From positions 28,028,848 to 28,092,847 of the forward strand of contig CM120643.1 in the NCBI GenBank assembly GCA_051362555.1: a stretch of DNA of 64,000 nt. Direction: 5' to 3'. Made by a program: the position numbers and the translations under genes. This stretch comes from Lingula anatina (taxonomy: Eukaryota; Animalia; Brachiopoda). Below are positions 25,111 through 39,163 of the stretch, in pieces. Positions within the stretch are counted from its first letter, which is position 1. Each line of letters begins with the position of its first letter. Under the pieces are notes generated by a model. It saw only the letters and a list, made by a program, of their open reading frames with translations. It was not told the DNA's origin and made no database searches.

Positions 25111-28100
25111 GGATTCTCCATTACGCCTTGTCCTAAGAAAGTAAAAACAGCAGAAGGCACTGTCTTGTCAAATTCTTTAATGTACATATTCTGTATGTAA
25201 TTTGCTAAATTTTAATTTTCATTTCACTGCACAACTTCTCAATGAAGGTGATCCAGCTCAGAGTTCACATTTAATGTTTCTTTTCCTTGCAGAAATTCAG
25301 TGCAGCTGTAAACACGTTCAAGTTTTCTGTGTAGTTCAAGTTGAGGCCTACCTGACTTTAGTGTGTTGTCTCATATGATCTCTGAGAACTGACATCTTGT
25401 GAAATATCTGTCCACAATGTTTACATGTGTATTCAGCGCCGCCATCTTCCTCTTCTCTGTGCTCTATTAAATGTTTGTCTAACTGGTGCTGGAAATAACA
25501 TGTGAATGCCGTTACATATACACAATCCCCAGTGTTGTTATTCTTTTCTTATCCTTCTCTGGTTGATGCCACAATGCTGTTAGTGATTAATCATTTATAA
25601 GGACTATTTTATATTAGCACAATGAGCTATTCCTTTATATCAAATACTAATTAAAATATGTTTAGTGAATAACAGTAATTTGGTTAAAGGTAAAGGACTG
25701 ATAGGGCTTGCTGATATTACAGATATAGACACAGAAAAAGTATGACACTCTTAGGAGATCTCAACCAAACAATCTTGAACAGTGAATCAATTTTATATCG
25801 ATCCTCCACCAAAGTTAAAGCAATAATAACTCTTCCTTTGAGATTCAAAAATCCGCATGAAATACATTGTAAACAACGCATGGAAATATATTCTATTGTA
25901 TTTTACCACTAAAACGGCCGTTATTGTAGGAAAACTAAAATCTGTGCTTGTCAATAGGGCTTTCGATCCCTTTTTTCCGGTCGACAAGTGCATTCGTTGC
26001 TAATGACGTAATGGTGTCACGCGGATTCTCGCGTTCATTCGAGACCAAAATAACATGGCGGGAAACCCTCAGACGTAAGTTGCGAGTTTTTGTACAGTGC
26101 GTCAGATAACGAAAAGCCCAGAATGGCACACATTGTGGATATAAATGCGTTTTTAACAAAAAAGACGAATATATCTCATGAATCTTATATAGTGTTGTTG
26201 TTGTCTGCTTTTCCCGCGGTTTTAAGTAGGTCACCAGTGACTTTGCAATATCAGAGAGAGCTCTGTCAGTTAAAATCTCTTAAGAGATTTTAACAAAAAA
26301 ACGTACGTTTAGGAAAAAAACCCTGGATTTACTTTGAATGCAGGAATGGGGTCGTTGGCCATTGGTAAGTACGGGAAAATTGCCGTTTTTTCCAGGAAAA
26401 TCCAATTTTTGGCCAAAACGAAGAGTTATTATGACTTTAATATAATTATGCTTTCAGCAATCTTACATCAATCCTCAACCACACAACAACCCTGTTAAGG
26501 CCATACAAAGCCACCAGCACCAACCTGTGTGCCAAACTCGTCCCCACACTCAGGACAAATGAGGATTTCCTCCTTCACATGGACCAGGATGTGCCCCTTC
26601 AGACTGGTCAGCCGGTTGAACTTCTTACCACACTCTGGACAGATCAGATCCTCTGAGTGAGTCGCCATGTGCAGACGAAGGTTGTCCTCAATGTTGAAGG
26701 ATGACTCACACTGGAAAAAAATGGAATAACAGTCAGTGAGGTGTACCTTGACTATGCGTGCACTATGTAGTGCTTTGCCTTTAACCATCCTCTGTTACAG
26801 TATGACATGCTAGAAGACATGTACTATTGCATATGTTCTTCATTCGAATAAAACTACTTGTTACAGTCAAATATGGTACTGATTGCTTCCTCAAAGTGCA
26901 ATCATCAACATAAAAGGTTACAACAATTTTAAATGTTTTTGACCATTGCATATAATCTGTACACTTAATAAATGGCACTCTCTAGAAGATATTACAACCC
27001 GAAGGACAATTTACTGAAGATCTTTATGCAATACAATACCACACAATACAGGTAAAGATGCTGAGTAAATTAATTTCATTCAATTTCATTCAATTAAGAC
27101 AACTCAACACCCTCTGACGGAGAAACTGAGAGAGAGGCAAATTTCTACCTCAGTACATCTAAAAGGCTTGTCTTCATCATGGGTCTTCATGTGGCGGGTT
27201 AGCTGACCCCATTTTGGAAACTGTTTCTCACAGAAGTCACATTGAAATGGCCCCTGGAAAAAAGATTTCTCTCTTGCATAAGTGCAACTATGACATATCT
27301 AGTAACTCTCTGAACTAATCTAGAATTATCAATAATTTGTCTAAAAAGAGAAATACATTTAATATTCTCATAGAAAGATATTTTATATTCTAGTTGCTAA
27401 ATAAGAAAATATAGGCTATATCCTGCTTTGCTACAATGCTAAAATAAGCCCAGGAGTAAATTAATTTAATTCAGTTATTACAGTAACTTTCTGTTAAATC
27501 ACTAGCAATAAGTGAAAAAAAAGTTTTTAAGTCAAGACAAAATAAACATCCCCCAGGTTACCTTGCCAACAGGTGGTCGTATCACGTCTGGCGCAGCTCT
27601 CGGCATCACGGTGGCTACGGACTGCTGCTGCTGTTGGGATGTCTGTACCTGGGTGAGCTGCCCCTGGGTAAGCTGGCCCTGGGGGTCAATATTCTCCTGT
27701 TCTATCTGGTCAGTCTGCACCAGATGACCCTGCTCCGTGGCCACCAGGGTGATAATATTGCTGTACACATTCTGGTCCCCAGTGCCTGGGTTGATGACAT
27801 AAGCTGAGGCACCATCCACTGGAAGATACAGTTATATATATTATCTATAGATGGAGCCACTTTATGTTGCTGCTTGACCACTGTGTGTAGCATTCAATCT
27901 TTCCCATTTTTTTTTCTGCTGGATGAAGGAGTTATATTTATTATAATTACCAATAATTTAAATCAATAATGTTTTTTGATGACAACTTAGATGACTATAA
28001 ATAGTTTATGGCTTAATTAAGCCAAAGCTTATTTTTACGTGCCCTAAACTCATAAAAATCTACTTATAATTTTTGTAACAATATATAATAAATAAATACT

Positions 28101-29458
28101 AGTAAATAAATAAATGTATATTTTAGCCAGAATTTTATATAACACAACAAAACTCAAACTTAGTCCATCACAAACTTACTTGTAGCCTCTTGCATCCCTC
28201 CACTGTTGATAGTGACATACGTCTGGCCGTCTACTGCGCTGTCACCACTGATAACATACGCCTGGGTGGCGTCACCTTGAGTCATGTCACTGCCACTGAT
28301 CACATACTGTACAGTGCCAGAGATGGCGTCGTGGTGAGTCCCGCCACTGATGACATAGGTTTGACCAGTGTCAGTGACTTCAGCACCACCGGCGTCGCTC
28401 TGAACCACTGTTATCATGTTGTTGTAGGCTGGAACGGTACAAGTAATGAATTATAATGTGGATTAGAAAATCTCATCTCAAATTACAGCAACATCAGTCT
28501 CTTAATTTTCTTATTCAGCAGTTGTCTGCCAGTTTAACAGGCACATCAAGCTTTGGGAAGTTGCAAATTATGTAATATATTTTCTAAAATTTTTATTCTT
28601 TATTTCATTTTATAATTTTTATTATTTTATCAAACATTTTACACAGCTAAAAAAATTTACATCTAAACACAGATTTAACTGTGGTATTTGAATTAATATT
28701 TATTTTGAAAAAAAAAAAAAAAAAAGCTGGCAAGTACATGTAATAATGCACAGCAAGTGAAACAGATATTTTATTTTAATTTTTATGGGGTGAAAAAACA
28801 ATACAGTATGTTTATGCTGCACACAATTTATATACTTTTGTGTTTGGGAGGAGGGGGGGGGGGGGACAAAACTAGGAAATGACTCATCCGTCACATATCG
28901 ATGGAAACCGTTCCAAAATTTCAAAATATTTGCCTATCTCATAACATGGCAGATTGACCAATATTAAGAAGAGCCATCAACATTTTACAATTAATGAAAA
29001 CATGTTTATCACAAATAAAATATTATTTTAGTGGATAAAGACGGGAGTTTCGAGGCGGTTGAAGGAGACAGTGGTTGCTGTGCATAGACACAGACCTAAG
29101 CACACACTACGTATTGGACGCCGTTAAAAATGGCGGATAAAAAGAGACGTTTCTCGCCATCGAGTCAAAGTAGCACTCTAAGCGACCGACAATACAGAAA
29201 CTGCCTAAAATTGAGACCAAAGTTGTGGTTTTCTGAAGAATTCTTCTTCCAAGTTCGTCAGTGGCGCTTAGTGTATTCCTACTTCCCAATATCACTGCGC
29301 CCAGTCGCGATACCTGCCACAGACGTCACAAGGCTCGGCGAAAAATGATTCCCTGCACAGCGTTAAATTACAACATATCGTTGCAACAAATCCAACCTTA
29401 CAATCGCAATCAACTGGACACGATTTGTGACTTTACCTGAGGAGTTTGGGTCTTCCAT
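11685..29458 (-). CDS. ZNF236: Zinc finger protein 236 ortholog (multi-C2H2 transcription factor), ~27 exons
   Basis: ATG at 29458 (MEDPNSS, exon 29458-29437) joins exon 28428-28180; diagnostic segments [101 protein letters not shown]; last exon ends WSSN* at 11685; the junctions checked are GT-AG and in phase. Confidence 0.92.
14155..14340 (-). repeat. 3 x 62-bp tandem repeat of a ZNF236 exon 3' end plus splice donor
   Basis: GTTACCTGTGTGACAATATTTGG..TGTGCCTGTA starts at 14159, 14221 and 14283; the 14283 copy is the end of coding exon 14449-14288. Confidence 0.9.
18097..18275 (-). repeat. 2 x 93-bp tandem repeat of a ZNF236 exon 3' end plus donor
   Basis: TACCTGGTC...TGTTCATGTTAGTACTGGGCAGTGATGACCCTATGGCTGGAGTGGTCTGAGGGAA at 18097 and 18190. 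Confidence 0.9.
21987..22055. repeat. (GA)n microsatellite in a ZNF236 intron
   Basis: Direct reading. Confidence 0.95.
24024..24336 (-). repeat. 5 x 62-bp tandem repeat of a zinc-finger exon end ([20 protein letters not shown]) plus donor
   Basis: Unit CTTACCTGAAGATGAGCTCTGAGGTTTCCTTTCTGTGTGAAGGACACAGGACACAGGTGACA at 24024, 24086 (donor GT>GG), 24148, 24210 and 24272. Confidence 0.95.
25058..25110. repeat. (TAAA)n microsatellite
   Basis: Direct reading. Confidence 0.9.
25819..26436. mobile_element. TTAA-TSD MITE (Kolobok-like) in a ZNF236 intron
   Basis: TTAA|AGCAATAATAACTCTTC...GAAGAGTTATTATGACT|TTAA; the right ~180 bp is shared with the copy at 62458-62794. Confidence 0.8.
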
Positions 29459-30106
29459 TTTCTCTGTATTTGCTGAAAAAGTGCCCGTTTTCCTTTGGAA
29501 CTATTCTTTACAAATGGCGGACCAAGATCGATCATGACGTCATCGGGCAGTGTTAATGCACTAGACATTTTCTTATCTTGTGAAGTGGAAACATTCGACT
29601 GGAAACACCATAAGAAATCGGTTTAAGAGTTAATATTACCACTAACAGTTTAATAATTGTATCCTTTCGTCAATTATTTACAACGCTTTATAATGGATAA
29701 TTAATTAAAAACGTTCCTCTGAGCACGCAAGAAAGTGTACAACCGCTTCTCAACTAACACACTGTAGATCTACTGTCGACATATTCTCTCCCTTCAACCC
29801 ATAAGACGTTTGAAGTCCACTTGGCGGTCAAGGGTTGCAAGAAGGAAGAGGTCAATCATTAATTCTATTACTTAGGGTTGTCGTTGGACCACTTCCCAAA
29901 TTTAAGTGACTGAAAAATGTCTGGAAATATGAAGAGATACCGCAGACACCGCAGTGGCACATTGCGTTAGATGTGATTTTGATTTTTACCATCATGCAAA
30001 ATAAAGATGGCGCCGCCCATGTGTAGCCGAAACCTCTTGACTGTTATTGTTTATCATAGTTTTAGGTAATTATATTGACCTTACTGTGAATTACAAACGC
30101 TCCAAC
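29459..30106. promoter_or_regulatory. Probable bidirectional promoter between ZNF236 (-) and METTL3 (+)
   Basis: Start codons are 648 bp apart, head to head; YY1-like CAAATGGCGG (29511) and AAGATGGCG (30004); CRE TGACGTCA (29535). Confidence 0.7.
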
Positions 30107-30393
30107 ATGTCAGATACGTGGAGTGACATCCAGGCCGTGAAGAGTAAGCAGAGCAGTTTGAGGGAAAAGCTCATGCAAAGAAGAAGAGAGCGAGAAGGGC
30201 TTCTCAAACAGATTTCTGGGGCACCTGCGTCAAACTCTTCTACTCTTCCTACGTCAGGTTCGTTCATTTGTACCAGTCAAGGTTCTAAGTATGCGTCTTA
30301 AAAAGAACAAACTGAAACTGAAGCAGTGACCTTCCTGTTTGTTTGCTAGTCTCTCTCAAAATGAAATGGTCTCAGAATTTGTCGGTCTGTCTG

Positions 30394-30472
<79 letters not shown>

Positions 30473-33400
30473 GATGCAATATTATCTGAAATGGACAAAT
30501 ACATTGGCAAATAACTGTAAGTTATGTTTTACTTTTCAGATCCAACCAAAGGAACAGTTGCCACTTCTACACCTACTCTGACATCACAAAGTCCTGCTGT
30601 GACGCCAGCGTCTGCTACGACCCCAAAAGTTGTGGAAAAAACTAAACTTGAGCCAGAAGTGGAAAGACAGGTGTTACTCAGTTTGCAAGATGTAGGGCTT
30701 AACCTGCCTGTAGAGTCTGTGGTCCTTTGCTCATCAGTGGAGAAAGCTCTTGAGAAAGAAGTGGCACTTTCGTCTTTGGATGATTTGTTGGAGAAATTTG
30801 CCACTCAGCAGTTGATAAGGTAAATATATTGGATAATAATTGCATTATTTAAAAAGTAATTTATACTGTTGATGGGACATTCTACATTCTTAAATTTTTA
30901 TTAGTTATTTCTGGGATTTTTTTTTTTTTTGCAGTTTGATTCAAGTGAAAAAAACATGTTAAAGTATTTTAAAACTTAATGTTTATTTAACATATTTTCA
31001 TTTTTTATAATGAAAAAAAAAATTTCCATGTCAATTGTCTTTTTACAGATTTACTAAGGGTATGTGCACCACAATTTATATAAAAATATGTACTTTTTAA
31101 TAGTGTGCAATATTTTGTTTTGCTTTCTAGTTGAAATTATTGAATTCTTAAAAAATGCAAACGATGCGTGCATTCAGTGTTTGAGTGATATATTTAATTG
31201 TGTTCTTTCCACTGGACAGTTCCTGGAATCGTGGTCGGTTGCCATCATTTTTCCTTTGCATAAAAAAGGTAGCACGAATGATCCAAACAACTTCAGAGGC
31301 ATATCATTACTAAGTGTTGTTGGCAAGGTGTTTACTAAATTATTAAGTAATAGATTAAATACCTGGGCAACTCAGGAGGATATTATCAGTGAATGCCAGG
31401 CTGGCTTTAGGAAAGGGTATTGCACTCAGGACCAAATATTTTCACTACAAGCAATGATACAAAAATACTTGTCGAAAAAGGGAGGCAGATTTTACTGTAT
31501 GTTTGTTGACTTTCAAAAGGCTTTTGATTGTGTGGATCACCAGTACCTCTGGTTTAAAATGTGTGCAAACGGTATCCATGGCAATATGCTCAGTGTTCTT
31601 AAGTCTATGTATGCACAGTTGCAAGCTTGTATAAGGCTACCAAACACATCAAGCTACACGTCATTGTTCTCATGTAGTGTTGGTACCAGACAAGGATGCA
31701 TGGTCAGCCCGTTTTTGTTTTGCTTATTCATAACTGACCTCATTTATCTTTATGAAGAATTCTCCTGCCAAGGTATTTATATAAATCAGGAGTTCATGAA
31801 CATTACCTCGCTTTTATATGCAGATGACTTAGCAAACTGTGCTGATACTGTGCGAAATCTGCAAAGACTCTCAGATTACTTAGCGTTGTTCTGTAAACGC
31901 TGGAAAATGAATGTGAATCTTGATAAAACCAAGGTAATAGTTTTCAGAAATGGTGGTTACCTTAGACATAACGAGAAGTGGTTTTTTGACAGCGTGGAGT
32001 TAGAGACTGTATCGCATTATAAGTATTTGGGTGTTATGTTTACTCCAAAGCTGTCTTGGTCCAAAGCAAAACAAACTTTAGCAACTCAAGCAAAGAAATC
32101 TATGGCAAGATGTTTCAGGTTATTTAAAAATGTGGGATCTTTGCCCCACGTCTTATGTTTTAAGATATTTGATTCAATGATAAAACCCATACTTACATAT
32201 GGAGCAGAAATATGGGGTTATGAAATATCCGAATCAATAGAGAATGTTCAAGTTAAGTTTTGTAAAAGATTATTGATGGTATCGGATAATGCAAGCACAC
32301 AAGCAGTTCTTGGGGAATGTGGTCGTTACCCTCTATACATAGATTATCATGTCAAATGTATTAAGTATTGGTTCAAGCTTTTGTGTATGGACGACGGTAG
32401 GCTACCGAAATCATGTTACAAGTTACTGTTTGATTTAGATAGTAGTGGGAGGAAAACATGGGCGAGTGACATCAAGCATCTTTTATATTCATATGGATTT
32501 GGAGTAGTATGGGAAAACCAAGGATGTGGAAATGTGGCACTTTTTATAGAACAGTTTAGACAACGATTAATGGATATAAGCAGGCAGAATTGGTATTCCT
32601 CAGTGCGCGAATCAGGCAAGCTAAGGACCTACAGCTCATTTAAACTAGATTTGGTATTTGAGGAATACTTATCTTTTGTGTCCATAGCAGAGCATAGAAG
32701 AGCCTACTGCAAGTTCAGAATATCAAATCACAATTTACAGGTTGAGAAGGGTCGGTATGCCAGTGTAGATGGGGAAAATAGAGTATGTGCTGCATGCCTT
32801 TCTGATGGCATAACAATTATTGAGAATGAGGAACACGTGTTAATTTCATGTAGTTTATATAACGGTCTGAGGGAACGCTATATTCCCGAGATTACAACAT
32901 TGTCACTAGCGACTGCTCTGTCATCACATAATGTTGACTTTATAAAAAGACTTGCTGCCTTCATATATCATGCAGAGAAATTAAGAGATGTTCTTTTAGA
33001 TAAGTAATTAGTGTCATTTATGATATATATCCCTGTGTAGTCAGCTCAGTATTATAAATAGAACTCAATTTATGTACTCTTGGCCTGCAGGCCTGAAATA
33101 CAGTGAAATAAACAGATTGAAACTGAAATTATTCTACTTTATGATATTTACAGTGATCACTTTGTTTTGTTTGTTTCATTACAGCATAAAGAGACAAGAT
33201 GCTTCGACTGGCAAAGAAAAAGTTATCGTGGAATCCGTAGATCTTGCAAAGGTATAACATAAATTTAGCAAAACTGTAGTTATGCAAACGACTTCAACAT
33301 TACAAAGGGAAGAATATGGTAACTACTTTCTGTAAAGTAGCTCTAGTTTTGTTGTGTGTCTATTTCTTTAAAATTTTATTTAAATACAGCTTACTTTTAT

Positions 33401-36400
33401 TTGATCTTTAACTTACCTTTAAATTTATTTTTGTTTATGTTGTAACAATTTCTGGTATTATGGCCAATGCTGAAAATTGTTTTTGTGTGATTGTTCAAAG
33501 TGCGTTAAAAGCTTTGGTCTGTTTCTTCATCCTGTTATTTCTCTCAAATCAAGAGGAATCCTTGACAGTATTATACAGAATATTCAGTTGAAAGCTGCTT
33601 AACAAATGACATTTTCTTAACAGCTAGGGGCCTTCTCTGCTGCAGCAGATATTCACCCATCTGGGAAGAAGAGAAAAAGAGAGTAAGTGTTGGATTATAG
33701 TTGTAATTTGTTATGTATTCTATTTTCTAATGAATGATGTAATCAAGGCACAGATATTTATCAATACTGGAATAAACATGTTGAGAAGTGCCAGAGAGAT
33801 TTTTCATGGTTTCTTGTGTAAACATTCTGATACTTGTGGCAATGAGTCAGTCATATGGTCAAGTTCATTTGATAAAAAGTAAAAAAAAGTCAAAATGATA
33901 ATTGATATTTGAAAATCATCCAACCATTTCTGAACATTTTGCTTTGAACAAGATATCAAATTTTAGTAATTTAGAGAACAAGGAGCCGAGGTCGTCCAAG
34001 CAGAGCAAGGGAGAGGGAGTCAAAGATGGCGGCATTGAGGTGAGCATACAGGACTTAATACAGAAACTAAGAATGAAACGGAATAATATTTAATTTAGTT
34101 ATATTAAAGTGTATTTGAAATGAGGTCATTATATTTGGAATTGGCTTTATCACAAGGCTTAGCACAGCAATGAGATCAAAAGTATTTGTATTTATATTCT
34201 TTAAGTACTTATTAGTGCATGTGTTGACCATATTTATGTAAGACTATTTGATGATCTTGTTTGTTTTAGAGTCTTCTATCTATGCAATCTGCAAAAGAAA
34301 GAGAAAATAAAAAGATGAATGAAGAGATATTGGAACTTCTAACAAAGCCAACTGCTAAGGTAAGAGATAAGATATTAACGCTGGGTTATTCTTCAGTTAA
34401 TCTTCAAAATGAAAGAAAAAAAAATGACACAGGTCACCTCATGGGGGTGGGGGCTAAGGAGGGGTTAGCTTTGTAAAAAGAACTGAATCCTTTGTCCTAA
34501 AATGGTCTACTCTGTATATAAAAGGTCAAATGTATAACTCTTTATATACATACATATATTCGTTTTTTATATAGGTTAACTTTTATCTTGAAATATCTCA
34601 GTAATTTGATCAGACATTTGATCATATAGTAAGTTGCATTTCAAATTGTTTGGTATTATATTTGTCTAGGAACAGTCCCTGGTGGAGAAGTTCAAGTCAC
34701 AAGGAGGTAAGAAAAAGTACCTGAAGAAAAGTACAGAAGACTCCATCAGTTTTTCATATTTTTTTTTATCAGTATGCAATATATGATATTGGTCTGAATT
34801 TCTCAATTAACACTAAATTATACATGGACTATTTGTTTTAGTGCAATATTTGTTTTAGTTTTATGTTTCAATTATAATATAAACAATTAAATGATAGTTT
34901 TGTTTTGTTTGTTTTATCACAGTATAAGGAGGCAAGGAAAAGAGTGTGTCTTTTAAGTCGTATTGAAGTGTCATAGATATTAAAACATGGAAACAACATG
35001 TTTATTTGAATAAAATAAATTCACAAATTTCCTTGCATGTCATTGTTTATCTTAAAATTTGTAACTTAGTGGTGGATCTGATTTCTCTACAAATTGGACC
35101 AGATCCTGCTCAAATATTCAGTAAATTATGAAGACGGTAAAAGTTAATTTCACACTCTATGCCTGAGGACAACACAAAATATAGATACAGCTGTATTTTT
35201 CTCCTAGTGGTGGTGCAGGAGTTTTGTCAGTATGGGACGAAGGAGGAGTGTGGAAGGCTCTCCAGGGAACCCTGCAAGAAGTTACATTTTAGAAAAATAA
35301 TCCACAAGCATACAGATGGTGAGTGTTTTTAATGCAGACTTTTCAAACCACAGGTCTCCCAAACAGCCTACAAGTCTAGTGTGAATCAAAATTGACTAGA
35401 GTGGAAATGTAATACACTAATACTGGAAGTGAATCCCCCAAAAACGTCTAAGATTTTCACTTCTGATTACACTGTATAGTTAATTTCATAAATGGATTAT
35501 GCTTATGCTCATTATGTCCACTGTCATGTACAACTAGCAGTCATTTCTCAATATTTCAGAGTCTCTGGGTGATTGTTCCTTCCTGAATACCTGCTTTCAT
35601 ATGGAAACTTGTAAGGTAGTTAATGAGTGCTCCTATTTTAAATGATGTACTGTTGTAGTAGAATGTATGGGGAACCATTCTCCTTATATAGTATTTGTTT
35701 TTATTTTGTCAGTGAATAAAATTAATAAAATGCGGTCCTGAAAAGGTTTGGTTGTAATGAAAAAAAAAAGCAATAAAAATTCAAAGTGGAGAGACTAAGG
35801 GACTTTTCTCTTCCTTCTTTCGGCTGAGTGCTGTGTCTATTATAATACATTTCCAATCCTCCTACCCTTCAGTATGTTCACTATGAGATAGACTACCCAG
35901 AGGTCAAGACTGTGACTGAAGGGGACAAGACACTGGTCAAGAGTCCATTTGGTGATGCTATTAAGATGACACCACCACAGGTAATGCCACAAGGACGGGT
36001 AATTTGAACTATTGTTCAATATAATATAGTATATTATGGTACCAGACTAAGTGCTTTTATTAGTGGAGATAAGATCACACATTTACATATATCAATGAAA
36101 CAGATCAACTTGAGGCAATATCAAACATTTTACATATATTTATAAAAAAGATCAACTTGAGAATAGAAAAAAAATCATTAATATTTCCCACTCTCCAGTG
36201 GGTGTGCTGTGACCTGCGGACCTTGGACATGACCATACTAGGCAAGTGTTCCGTCATCATGGCTGACCCCCCCTGGGACATCCACATGGAGCTGCCCTAC
36301 GGTACCATGGCCGACGATGAGATGAGGAGTCTGCCAGTCAAGTGCCTGCAGGATGATGGCTACATGTTTCTGTGGGTCACTGGAAGGTGGGTTAACTTTA

Positions 36401-39163
36401 ACTGGTCATTTTGTTGAATGATGATTTTACAGTGCTTAATATTTTGAACTTTAATTGTTTGGTGACCTTATATGGTCAAGCCACTACTGGCCAGTAATTA
36501 TTGTAGACAGGGTTCAGTGACTAGAAAGAACAACCCTTTTGGCCAGGAAAAAGTTCAGCTCTGAATCAAAATTTGACCCATACTGGATTCTATGCCATTT
36601 TGAAGTTGGGCCAAAAAAGAACTTCCCCTCCCTTTTAGATACACACATGTATTGATGAAGTGCAGATGGTTTGTCTAAAGAACAGGCCTACCCAACTACC
36701 AGACTCGGCACCGAATGATCCCGAATTCACTGGTAGATCGGACCACACTACCCGTTTTCAAGGTGTGAGTCAGTACGCGTAGTTGGGTAGGCCTGAAGAA
36801 GCATAATCAGATGCTACAGGCTACAAGTTTCCCTTCTTAATAGGGGTGGGTCTAAAGCTATTTTCTGAGTCTTCCAAATTATCTTTGTTGATCCATCCTC
36901 CATTTTTGGCGGTCCTCCGACAGAAAAAATATGATACTCGTCAATTTCAACTTGAATATCTGACCGTCTTCCGGAAGACCCAGAAGACGGCCTAAATCTT
37001 CCCCTGTCCTAGGTACATGGAATCATTACCAAGTAAAATTCAGCTTTGTTCTTCCAGGGCCATGGAGCTGGGCAGGGAGTGCCTGCAGATATGGGGGTAA
37101 GGTGGGCTGCAGTGGGTTTGGGATATTGACTTAATTTAATTTAGTAGAATTTTATTGTAAAGTTGTGATTTAACTCAGTGGAACTGATAAAGGGGTAATA
37201 AGAGCAAGGAAAGTGTGTGAAAATGATGACCCATTTTGTTGCCAAATAAAACTAATCTAAAAATATATACATTTAGACATATTTTGAATTTGCTGTAAAT
37301 TTGCAGATTAACTTAGTCTACCAGTAACACTATATATCAGTATCTTCCTTGAACTTTGGCTTTACCGAAATCATTGTTTTAAAAAAATTCCAAAATGCTT
37401 TTCCTATAACTGCATACCTAAGATTTAAATAGTATTATTGTAAAGTTGCTGTCAGTAAATATGAGCGAGTGATTTGTGACTCCATGTTATAGGTATGACC
37501 GAGTAGACGAGTTGATCTGGGTGAAGACCAATCAGCTTCAGCGTATCATCAGGACAGGCAGGACAGGCCATTGGTTGAATCATGGGAAGGAACATTGTTT
37601 GGTAGGCTGGAAGACAATTGAAAATAAAGTCATTGAGTGAAAATATGGAATAAACTGTTGTTTGTAAATTCTTTTGAAACTAACCCACAGCAAAAATTCT
37701 GAAAACTTTTCCGTGTAGCTATCAGGTGTTATGTTGGGCTGTAACACTCAGTTGACACTTTGTGACCTTTTAATTTGTTTGTAAAATATTGTGGGAGTAA
37801 TATATTTTCTAAAAATAAATGTCAAGCTGAGATTGAGCCAAAGAAAACATTGGTAACTCTTCAAAATTCACAAAAAATTCATGAATATATGAGGCATTAA
37901 TGATACAGTACAATTACTGCACACTGTTTATCTTTGTCACAAGGTTAAAAAATTATTGATTAATCAGTAATGCTATGTTTGATTAGAAGTTCTTATGATA
38001 TTTTATTTCATATTTTAGATTGGTGTGAAGGGCAACCCCCAGGCCAACAGAGGCATGGACTGTGATGTTTTAGTGGCTGAGGTATAGTTCTCTTCTCTCT
38101 TAGCATCTTGAAATATGATTCTGCCTAAAATTAATATTGACATGTTGACAGACACTTTGCTGTGGCAAGTTAGAAACACACTTCACAGAATAGACCACTA
38201 TATATTTATTTAGTCAGATTTATAATTTAATTAAATTTTCTATAATTGTATTTTTTGTCTGCTCTGACTACTTAAAATCATTCAAAACCTAACAACTTCC
38301 TTTAATTCACAAAAAATATTATTATTTGATAAAATGCCATATTTTAATATGCCATATGTTAATTGATTCTACAGGTGAGAGCCACCAGTCACAAACCTGA
38401 TGAAATCTATGGCATCATTGAACGCCTGTCTCCAGGGACAAGAAAAGTGGAGTTATTTGGAAGGCCACACAATATACAGCCCAACTGGTCAGTTAAATAT
38501 TAATAGGATGCTTGGGTTTTTGAAATATGATTTAACATTTTAGATGGAATATTTTACTTTTTTTATATGAAAGACACTTTCGCTGTATAGAAGTTATTTT
38601 CCCAAGATTATCTCACTTATTTGCCCAGTTGAAATAGAGAGACTCATTAAGGTGAAATATTTTTTTTACTGCTACTGTTATACAGTGATATTTGTTTTTG
38701 AGATTTATTTTTTTCAACCATCCTTTTTAAACATAATTAACTTAACCTTTTTACTTCATTTTATCTCATTTTCTTGTTACTGTTGGTTATATTTTTAATA
38801 GCCATTTATGAAAAACCTAAACATTGAATAAAATAGTGGTAAAATCAAAGATAATTTCTTTTAAAACTATTTTTGACGTGAAGGCCTGACTTTAGGATCC
38901 TTCATCAAAGGACTTTGTTCACGTAACTGACTCAAGAATTTTTTTCTTACTGTCTTCAAACACTGATCAACCTGATTATAACTTAATCATATATACATCG
39001 TTTTACAGCTCTGAATACCTGTAAAAATGTATGTTTGTTCTATTATTCCAGGATAACTCTAGGTAACCAGCTGGATGGTATCCGCCTTGTTGAACCAGAC
39101 ATTGTGAAGAGATACAAGAAAAGATACCCTGAGGGGTACAAGATGGGAGGAAACAACTCTTGA
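30107..39163 (+). CDS. METTL3: N6-adenosine (m6A) methyltransferase catalytic subunit METTL3/MT-A70
   Basis: Starts [22 protein letters not shown]; CCCH fingers ([11 protein letters not shown]..., [15 protein letters not shown]); [19 protein letters not shown]; [28 protein letters not shown]; [33 protein letters not shown]; [10 protein letters not shown]; TGA at 39161-39163. Confidence 0.97.
30398..30468. repeat. Compound (CT)n(GT)n microsatellite, METTL3 intron 1
   Basis: Direct reading. Confidence 0.95.
31142..33123 (+). mobile_element. 5'-truncated RTE-X-like LINE with uninterrupted RT ORF in METTL3 intron 2
   Basis: ORF to 33007 with [41 protein letters not shown] and a C-terminal CxxC..H..C (RVCAAC...[10 protein letters not shown]); AATAAA at 33107; TGAAATTATT repeated at 31132-31141 and 33124-33133. 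Confidence 0.88.
36683..36795. mobile_element. 113-bp deletion derivative of the 279-905 MITE in a METTL3 intron
   Basis: CAGGCCTACCCAACTAC...GTAGTTGGGTAGGCCTG flanked by AAGAA (36678-36682, 36796-36800). Confidence 0.9.

Noticed and set aside
31064-31141. N-terminus of the 647-aa ORF as a real start
   Set aside because: It lies outside the TSD in host intron sequence; the element is 5'-truncated and lacks the endonuclease.
30540-33007. METTL3-reverse transcriptase fusion protein via the AG at 31130
   Set aside because: Exon 2 ends in phase 2 while the RT frame needs phase 1; the splice gives AGT TGA (stop).
38872-38912. Possible hammerhead remnant in the last METTL3 intron
   Set aside because: Only TGATGAAGG is present on the minus strand; the GAAA box and stems are not convincing.
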